Shown piece by piece: positions 26,149-32,000 of a stretch of DNA of 32,000 nt. The DNA is from an uncultured Clostridia bacterium. Lineage in GTDB: Bacteria; Bacillota; Clostridia; Lachnospirales; CAG-274. Both the position numbers and the translations under genes were made by a program. Each line of letters starts with the position of its first letter. Positions within the stretch are counted from its first letter, which is position 1. The notes beneath the pieces are model-generated. The model saw nothing but the letters and a program-made list of their open reading frames with translations, searched no databases and was not told where the DNA came from. The DNA is taken from contig CANRIS010000001.1 in assembly GCA_947630725.1 (NCBI GenBank), positions 91,446 to 123,445 on the forward strand. The letters are read 5' to 3'.

Positions 26149-26570
26149 TGTTCCACCTCAATTCTTCTGTAGCCATCTCCCTTTATGCCGTCCTTGAAAA
26201 GTCTTATTTTTATGGCATTTTCGGGCAGGGCTGTTTTTATTATATCGGACCATTCTATGATACATACTCCGTTTTTATAAAAATATTCGTCCGCTCCTAT
26301 GGCGTACAGACCTTCCTCGTCTCCCAGTCTGTATGCGTCAAAATGGTAAAGCGCAGGATCTCCCTCATATTCGTTTATAATTGTGAACGTGGGGCTTGTG
26401 ATGTTTTCGCATATACCCATTCCTCTTGCGAAGCCCTTTGCAAAGCAGGTCTTTCCCGCTCCAAGCTCTCCGTCAAGACAGTATATGTCTCCGCCTGCGG
26501 CTTTTTTACCCATTTCAAAGGCAAGCTCGTAGGTTTCTTCGGGAGAGAATGTCTCGTATGTTTTTTTCAT
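26145..26570 (-). CDS. tsaE: tRNA t6A biosynthesis ATPase TsaE
   Basis: P-loop GELGAGKT and the pattern SPTFTIINEY...YHFDAYRL. ATGA overlaps occur at both ends. Confidence 0.9.
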   Translation of the reverse strand: MKKTYETFSPEETYELAFEMGKKAAGGDIYCLDGELGAGKTCFAKGFARGMGICENITSPTFTIINEYEGDPALYHFDAYRLGDEEGLYAIGADEYFYKNGVCIIEWSDIIKTALPENAIKIRLFKDGIKGDGYRRIEVEQ

Positions 26571-27622
26571 TTGAGCGTCATTCCTTTTTGTTCTAAAAGA
26601 TCTATAAAGTGATTGTCCATTATTTCGACTCCGCTGTAGTTGAGATGAGCATCGTCTCTGAAATTTTCGTTTCCGAAAAGGTTTTCTTCTCTGTTTATTA
26701 TATTGTAGTCAAAGTAGGGAATACCTTTTTCTTTGCAGAAATCGCTGATTTTTTGATTTATGGAGTCATAGTTTTTTATATAGTCCATAGATACCGGAGC
26801 TATGGGAGCCGTGACAAAAATGAGCTTTACGCCCTTTTCTCTGCAAAGGGTGCTTATCTTGTCAAGATAAAAGAGCTGTTCATCAGAAAATTCAAAGCTT
26901 TTTCCGTCAAGGTTTCTGAACTGATTTGTCCTGTCATACTCTCCGGGGAGCAGCTCATAATCGCAGTATACGAAGCCCTTGTCGCCGTAGCTTTCGCTGC
27001 CTGTGGTATGATACTCTCCCGCAGGCTTTTGGAGATCCAGCATTTTTCGCAGCTTTTCGTCATACTCATCGCTTTTATATGCGAAATAATCGCTTTGATA
27101 TTTGAGAGCGTCTACGGAATATTTTATTTTTTCCGAAAAAGGAAATACCTTTTCGATATATTCCTCCTTAAGAGCATCGTTGTCAAGCACCTGAAATAGC
27201 TGCGTGACTTGGTTTATCTGAAAGTCCTGCTCCATAACACCCCAATAAGCCTCCATAATGACTGTTTTTGGATCCTGATACGAAAGAATTTCTCTCAGCT
27301 CATAGTAGGTCGACGCGGGGAGCTGAAGGGGCATACCCATATTATAGCTGTTTGTACCCAGTCTTTCGTCAAAGATCTTAGGGTCAAAGCTACAGTATGC
27401 GTGGGAGCTGCCTATAAAAATAAGATCGTATTGAGAGTCGTTTTTATAAAATTCGTCAAACCTCTGCTTGTTGTAGCGGTTTATCTCGTTTTCTTTCGAG
27501 GCCTGTTTATATGTGTTTCCCAGCCATACTGCGGAGGGTATTATAAGACCGCAGAACAACAGGGATTTTATAATAAACAAAAACAGCTTTCTAAAATTGA
27601 AAATATATAAACGCTGCTCCAC
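26567..27622 (-). CDS. membrane-anchored DltD-like / SGNH-type accessory protein of an MBOAT acyltransferase
   Basis: N-terminal TM, a FIGSSH block-I-like serine and a C-terminal FRDDAHLN (DxxH). I chose the GTG at 27622, with AGGAG 9 nt upstream. It overlaps the MBOAT gene end. Confidence 0.7.
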   Translation of the reverse strand: MEQRLYIFNFRKLFLFIIKSLLFCGLIIPSAVWLGNTYKQASKENEINRYNKQRFDEFYKNDSQYDLIFIGSSHAYCSFDPKIFDERLGTNSYNMGMPLQLPASTYYELREILSYQDPKTVIMEAYWGVMEQDFQINQVTQLFQVLDNDALKEEYIEKVFPFSEKIKYSVDALKYQSDYFAYKSDEYDEKLRKMLDLQKPAGEYHTTGSESYGDKGFVYCDYELLPGEYDRTNQFRNLDGKSFEFSDEQLFYLDKISTLCREKGVKLIFVTAPIAPVSMDYIKNYDSINQKISDFCKEKGIPYFDYNIINREENLFGNENFRDDAHLNYSGVEIMDNHFIDLLEQKGMTLK

Positions 27623-29042
27623 TGTCAAACACTCCTGTTCCTAAAATAAATAAAGCCAGTATATAATAAAAGGCAAGCCTCAGCACAAAGGGAGCCTTTT
27701 CCATAAGCGCCGCAATATTATATCTGAAGCTTATAAGCTCCATAATAAAAAGTATAGCCACCGACGCTGCGGTACACGCAAGGGGATACAACCCCACGCC
27801 CCAGCTAAGAGCGGTTTCATAGAGGTACTGCATATCGCCGATCCTGCCTATATCGCTTGTGAGGTTCGTGATTATATATACTGCGTCCGACAGTGAGTTG
27901 GCTCTGAAGAATATCCACGCAAACGCCACAAGACAGAATGTGATTATGCAGCTCATTATGTCAGATATAAACAGCTTTGGTCTGAAACGGCCGAAAAGTC
28001 TGTTTTTGATTCTGCCTATTATCTGAAAAATTCCGTGGAGGCCGCCCCATACAAGAAAGGTGAGGTTTGCGCCGTGCCACAGTCCGCTCAGAAGAAATGT
28101 TATCATTATATTATATGCCCATCTCAGACCGCTTACCCTGCTGCCTCCGAGAGGTATATACACATAGTCCTTAAACCATGCCGACAGCGAAATATGCCAC
28201 CGTCTCCAGAATTCCTGAATGGATTTTGAAAAATAGGGTCTGTCAAAGTTTTTAATAAGCCTTATGCCCATTGTGCGCGCAGCGCCTATCGCAATATCGG
28301 AATATCCCGAAAAATCGCAGAATATCTGTATCGAAAACAGAAACGCCCCCACAATGAACGATATGCCGCCGAAGCTTTTGGGGTCGTTGAATATGGTGTC
28401 AACGACAATGGCAAGCCTGTCGGCTATGACGACTTTTTTGAAAAAGCCTATGAGCATCATTTTAAGACCGAAGCTTATATTTTCTATTCTGAACGGGTGA
28501 TATGAAAAAAGCTGCCTTATGAGGTTTTTGGCTCTTTCGATAGGACCCGCCACAAGCTGAGGAAAGAATGTTATAAAAAGGGCAAACCTGAAAAAGCTTT
28601 TCAGCGGTCTTATATCGCCTCTGTAAACGTCTATGGTATATGCCGCCGCCTGAAACGTATAGAAGGATATGCCCATAGGCAGTATTATGTCAAATTCGCC
28701 TATGGGATAGTCCGCCCCCAGAAGTCCGCATAGCTGCATAAGAAGATCGCTCAGAAAAACGAGATATTTGAATATGATCAGAAGCCCGAAGTTTATGACC
28801 ATAGCAAGTATAAGAAACCGCTTTTTTGAGCTTCTTTTTCTCGCCTTGTATATTTTCTTTGATGCCGCAAAGTTCACAAAGGCCGAAAACAATATAAGCA
28901 GAACGAGGGAGGGCTTCCACGCCATATAAAAAATAAGGCTCGCTCCCAGCAGCATTGGCCATCTGAGTCTGTAGGGCAGAGCGTAGTATAAAAATAGCAC
29001 TGTTACAAAGAATATTATAAAATCGGCTGAATTGAAAAGCAT
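27591..29042 (-). CDS. MBOAT family O-acyltransferase (AlgI/DltB/PatA-like)
   Basis: Multi-TM protein starting MLFNSADFIIFF, with the conserved His context LSGLWHGANLTF. I chose ATG 29042 (GAGGT 7 nt upstream); the ORF-track 29-aa extension is not typical. Confidence 0.88.
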   Translation of the reverse strand: MLFNSADFIIFFVTVLFLYYALPYRLRWPMLLGASLIFYMAWKPSLVLLILFSAFVNFAASKKIYKARKRSSKKRFLILAMVINFGLLIIFKYLVFLSDLLMQLCGLLGADYPIGEFDIILPMGISFYTFQAAAYTIDVYRGDIRPLKSFFRFALFITFFPQLVAGPIERAKNLIRQLFSYHPFRIENISFGLKMMLIGFFKKVVIADRLAIVVDTIFNDPKSFGGISFIVGAFLFSIQIFCDFSGYSDIAIGAARTMGIRLIKNFDRPYFSKSIQEFWRRWHISLSAWFKDYVYIPLGGSRVSGLRWAYNIMITFLLSGLWHGANLTFLVWGGLHGIFQIIGRIKNRLFGRFRPKLFISDIMSCIITFCLVAFAWIFFRANSLSDAVYIITNLTSDIGRIGDMQYLYETALSWGVGLYPLACTAASVAILFIMELISFRYNIAALMEKAPFVLRLAFYYILALFILGTGVFDSGAAFIYFQF

Positions 29043-29287
29043 ATCCTCTACCTCAAACCCTTTTATAGAATACTGCACGGGGAAATGCCGATCCGATAAT
29101 AATTTTTTTTGCGTCATTCGGATTTCCATAAATTATTTTAAACTAATTCCGCAAAATATACAATGCTTTTTTTATCCCGCAAGCAAAATTATTTTTTATA
29201 TCGGTATGTCGGGACGAAAATGCCGAGTTTGTCTGACCGCAGCCCTCCCGTTGATATGCCCTATAGAGGGTTTTGTTAAAATTTAGT

Positions 29288-29316
29288 TTGATATGCGGAC
29301 AAATGTATGATATACT
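29288..29316 (+). promoter_or_regulatory. candidate sigma-A promoter of mgtE
   Basis: TTGATA (29288-29293), a 17-nt spacer, then TATACT (29311-29316). Confidence 0.5.
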
Positions 29317-29322
29317 TAATAT

Positions 29323-29572
29323 GATGTATGCAAACAGAAGAACAGAAGAAATAAAGACGGTATAAATTGCGTATGAAAGGAAGTGAGGGCATATGGACGG
29401 TCACAGTCAGAGTGATAACGGTGAATATGACAATTTCGGGGCTGCGGCCGCAGCCTGTTATGCTTTCATATATTGTACGGCAAAAATTTAGTATGGCGAT
29501 CCGATAATATTTCTTTCCGCCGTACACAGTATTGCATTATGCGCCGTACACAGAGCAGGAAAGGAGTATAAA
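29323..29572 (+). promoter_or_regulatory. long structured 5' leader of mgtE (type unresolved)
   Basis: The ~250-nt leader contains a perfect 16-nt palindrome GGCTGCGGCCGCAGCC (29440-29455). TGTACGGC (29474-29481) can pair with either of two GCCGTACACAG copies (29519-29529, 29543-29553). Confidence 0.4.
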
Positions 29573-30925
29573 ATGAACGAAAATACAACCGATTTTGCTT
29601 ATTTGCTTTCTCTTGCGCAGGAAAAGAGATTTGTTACATTAAAGGAACATCTCATAAAGATGAACGAGGTGGATATTGCCGAATTTATTTGTGAGGCGGA
29701 CGATGAAAACAGCGTTATTATATTCAGAATGCTTCCCAAGGACATATCCGCCGATGTTTTTGCAAATCTCCCCATAGAGATACAGCACCATATTATAAAA
29801 AGTATTTCAGATAAGGAAATCTCAAGCATTATAGAGGATCTGTTTGTGGATGACGCCGTGGATATGCTGGAGGAGTTGCCTGCAACCGTTGTAAAGAGGG
29901 TTATGCAGCTTGCCAATCCCGACACGAGAGAGCTTATAAACAGGTTTCTTAAATATCCCGAAAACAGCGCAGGCAGTCTTATGACGGCCGAATATATAGC
30001 GCTTAAAAAACAGATGACGGTAGGCGGTGCCATAGAGTATATAAGACTTCACGGTCTTGACAAGGAGACTATATATACCTGCTATGTGACCGATTCGACA
30101 AGGATACTTCAGGGAGTTGTTTCGTTCAGGGAACTTATAATGAACACTCCCGAGACAAGACTTGAAGATTTTATGGATACAAATGTCATAAAGGCATATA
30201 CCACCGATGACAGGGAGGACGTGGCGGAAATTTTCAACAGATACGACCTCATATCGCTTCCCGTTGTGGATATGGAAAACCGCCTCGTGGGTATTATAAC
30301 CGTTGACGATGCCGTTGACGTTATGGAGCAGGAGGCTACAGAGGACTTTGAAAAGATGGCCGCTATGCTGCCCAGCGAAAAGCCCTATCTCAGGACGGGG
30401 GTGTTCCGTCTTGCAGGCAACAGGATACCTTGGCTTCTGGTACTTATGGTAAGCAGTATGCTTACGGGCAAGATACTGGCTAACTATGAAAACGCCTTTG
30501 CCGTTATACCTCTGCTCGTCACATTTATACCTATGCTGACCGATACGGGAGGAAACGCAGGCAGCCAAAGCTCCACAATGATAATAAGAGGTATGGCTGT
30601 CGGAGAAATCAGGAATAAGGACATTCTCAAGGTATTCTGGAAGGAATTCAGAGTGGCTCTCATATGCGGAGCCGTTCTCTGCGCCGTGAATTTTTTGAGA
30701 CTTATGATAACAAACAGGGGAGGCGGACTTGTGGCAGTCACAGTATGCTTAAGCCTGTACGCTACAGTTGTGCTTGCAAAAACCATAGGAGGGCTTTTGC
30801 CCATGGCAGCCAAGGTACTTCGGCTTGACCCCGCAATAATGGCTGCGCCTCTCATAACTACGATAGTGGATGCAATAAGTCTTGTCGTATACTTTAATCT
30901 TGCGTGTCGGATGCTGAATATCTGA
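29573..30925 (+). CDS. mgtE: magnesium transporter MgtE
   Basis: MgtE N-domain, tandem CBS domains and a C-terminal TM domain with PMLTDTGGNAGSQS. AAGGAG lies 6 nt upstream. Confidence 0.95.
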   Translation: MNENTTDFAYLLSLAQEKRFVTLKEHLIKMNEVDIAEFICEADDENSVIIFRMLPKDISADVFANLPIEIQHHIIKSISDKEISSIIEDLFVDDAVDMLEELPATVVKRVMQLANPDTRELINRFLKYPENSAGSLMTAEYIALKKQMTVGGAIEYIRLHGLDKETIYTCYVTDSTRILQGVVSFRELIMNTPETRLEDFMDTNVIKAYTTDDREDVAEIFNRYDLISLPVVDMENRLVGIITVDDAVDVMEQEATEDFEKMAAMLPSEKPYLRTGVFRLAGNRIPWLLVLMVSSMLTGKILANYENAFAVIPLLVTFIPMLTDTGGNAGSQSSTMIIRGMAVGEIRNKDILKVFWKEFRVALICGAVLCAVNFLRLMITNRGGGLVAVTVCLSLYATVVLAKTIGGLLPMAAKVLRLDPAIMAAPLITTIVDAISLVVYFNLACRMLNI

Positions 30926-31270
30926 GAAATATGTTCGGATAGCCGCAAACGGAATCTTTTCGTTGTGGAATCCGAGAAATACTTTCGGGTAGCCGTGAAC
31001 GAGGCCCTGCGGCGCCGAAAAAGCCTTGGCTTTTTCGGCTTCCCGTCCGCCCCGCAAGGGGCGGACGGGTCGGGATTTTGCCTATAAGCCCTGCCCCTGC
31101 CGAAGGCAGGGGAGCAGGGCGGGGCAAAATCCGCCGCAGGGCTTTTTTTGGCGGCTGCGCCGATATTCTTACGGGAAAATCACAGGAAAACATACGCAGC
31201 AAAAAACCGAAGGAAACCCCCTTCGGCTCAGCGTGTCGGTAAAGATTAGCGACTTCATTTGGCTGTAGGA
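30924..31270. repeat. GC-rich hairpin array plus a truncated copy of the mosaic repeat (locus D)
   Basis: 50-nt-period repeat GAGAAATA..TTCGG.TAGCCG at 30924 and 30974. Perfect 12-bp hairpins at 31014-31039 and 31042-31069 (GCAA loop), and a nested hairpin at 31073-31132. Core GCGACTTCATTTGG at 31249-31262. Confidence 0.8.
31201..31226 (-). terminator. minus-strand rho-independent terminator following the locus D core
   Basis: CCGAAGG (31207-31213) pairs with CCTTCGG (31220-31226). The A6 at 31201-31206 reads as U6 after the hairpin on the minus strand. Confidence 0.6.
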
Positions 31271-31298
31271 CGGGCAAAGCTTATGCCCGGCTTTTTTT
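31271..31298 (+). terminator. plus-strand rho-independent terminator (end of the mgtE transcript)
   Basis: CGGGCA (31271-31276) pairs with TGCCCG (31284-31289), followed by GC and T7. Confidence 0.7.
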
Positions 31299-31376
31299 GT
31301 GCCGATTTTGCGGTGATTTTTGAGGATATGCCTGTCTGCCTCCAAAAAATTGTATCGGTACAATTACTGTTCCGTA

Positions 31377-31404
31377 TTGAAAACACAAACCCGGGTATTA
31401 TAAT
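31377..31404 (+). promoter_or_regulatory. candidate sigma-A promoter of the aminotransferase gene
   Basis: TTGAAA (31377-31382), a 16-nt spacer, then TATAAT (31399-31404). Confidence 0.6.
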
Positions 31405-31480
31405 TGAAAATATGAAAGCCGCAGCAATACAGCCAAAGGCTTTCGCAAATATAACAAATATAATTTCGGAGGTTTTTATT

Positions 31481-32000
31481 ATGAACGTACCCTTTGTACT
31501 TACTCCCGGCCCCACATACATAAACGACAGCGTAAGAAACGAAATGAGCAGGGAGCTTTCAAATCCCGACATAGATCCGAGCTTTTATGATTTCTATAAA
31601 AACACCTGTGAAAAGCTCCAAAGGCTCATGGACACCAAAAACGATGTCCTTATAATGTGCGGAGAGGGCATTTTGGGTCTTGAAGCGGCCTGCGCCTCTC
31701 TCACCGAGGAGGGCGACAGAGTTCTTGTCATAGACAACGGCATTTTCGGAGCAGGCTTTTCGGATTTTATAGAGCTTTACGGAGGAAACTGCGTATTTTT
31801 CAGATCCGACTATAAAAACGAAATAAACGTTTCTGAGCTTGAATCCTTTCTCAAAAAAGACAGTGACTTCAAATATGCTACAGTGGTTCATTGCGAGACT
31901 CCGTCGGGAATCTCAAACCCCGTGGACAAAATATGTCCCCTGCTCAAAAGCTTCGGCATACTTACGGTAGTTGACAGTGTTTCGGGAATAGGCGGAGAGG
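31481..32000 (+). CDS. class-V (AGXT/serine-pyruvate-like) pyridoxal-phosphate aminotransferase, N-terminal part; runs off the right edge
   Basis: Own translation gives MNVPFVLTPGPTYINDSVRNEMSRELSNPDIDPSFYDFYKNTCEKLQRLMDTKNDVLIMCGEGILGLEAACASLTEEGDRVLVIDNGIFG... CGGAGG lies 8 nt upstream. It is not in the ORF track because no stop codon falls in the window. Confidence 0.8.
   Translation, partial: MNVPFVLTPGPTYINDSVRNEMSRELSNPDIDPSFYDFYKNTCEKLQRLMDTKNDVLIMCGEGILGLEAACASLTEEGDRVLVIDNGIFGAGFSDFIELYGGNCVFFRSDYKNEINVSELESFLKKDSDFKYATVVHCETPSGISNPVDKICPLLKSFGILTVVDSVSGIGGE

Noticed and set aside
26567-29042. dlt (teichoic acid D-alanylation) operon
   Set aside because: DltA ligase and DltC carrier protein genes are absent. 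Only the MBOAT and a DltD-like SGNH protein are present.
29375-29545. M-box (ykoK) Mg2+ riboswitch upstream of mgtE
   Set aside because: Only loose resemblances are present (AAGUGAGGGC, ACGGCAAAAA, ACACAGUAUUGC), and they are in the wrong order and spacing relative to the M-box consensus as I remember it. A covariance-model search is needed before calling it.

Overview
This looks like a chromosomal window from a low-GC Gram-positive, probably Clostridia-like. Supporting signs are AGGAGG-type RBSs, a T-box leader, and MecA, NrdR and lon-ysxC synteny. Most of the content is core. In order: ilvN (partial, behind a T-box), rsmG, hpt, a DUF4364-like protein, a CzrA-like ArsR/SmtB repressor with a CPC-type P1B metal ATPase, and an S8 subtilase without signal peptide plus a small tail-anchored partner. 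Then a LytM/M23 membrane protein with a degenerate active site, rho with an acidic insertion, an acidic LysM membrane protein, mecA plus a small membrane protein, and a tRNA Phe-Gly-Gly operon. Then a group-B-like [FeFe] hydrogenase, nrdR, lon-ysxC, an OmpR/HK pair and a LonC/AAA_32-type Lon-like protease. Last come a translationally coupled MBOAT / DltD-like / tsaE / tsaB::rimI operon, mgtE and a partial class-V aminotransferase. I saw no cas genes, CRISPR array, transposase, integrase or phage genes, and I could not identify a convincing novel multi-gene protein system. What the gene models leave unexplained is the intergenic DNA. First, a self-nested ~157-nt element with terminal inverted repeats sits between the T-box terminator and ilvN. 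Second, a mosaic hairpin-cassette repeat family occurs at three loci. Its 14-nt core CCAAATGAAGTCGC is followed 22-36 nt later by a hairpin each time (terminator-like at two loci, no adjacent U-run at the third). This makes it a candidate sRNA or micro-ORF family, and one copy lies in the tRNA operon trailer. These two repeat families, the S8-plus-partner pair and the P-loop-degenerate Lon-like protease are the best leads. All functional statements are inference from reading the sequence; no searches were run.
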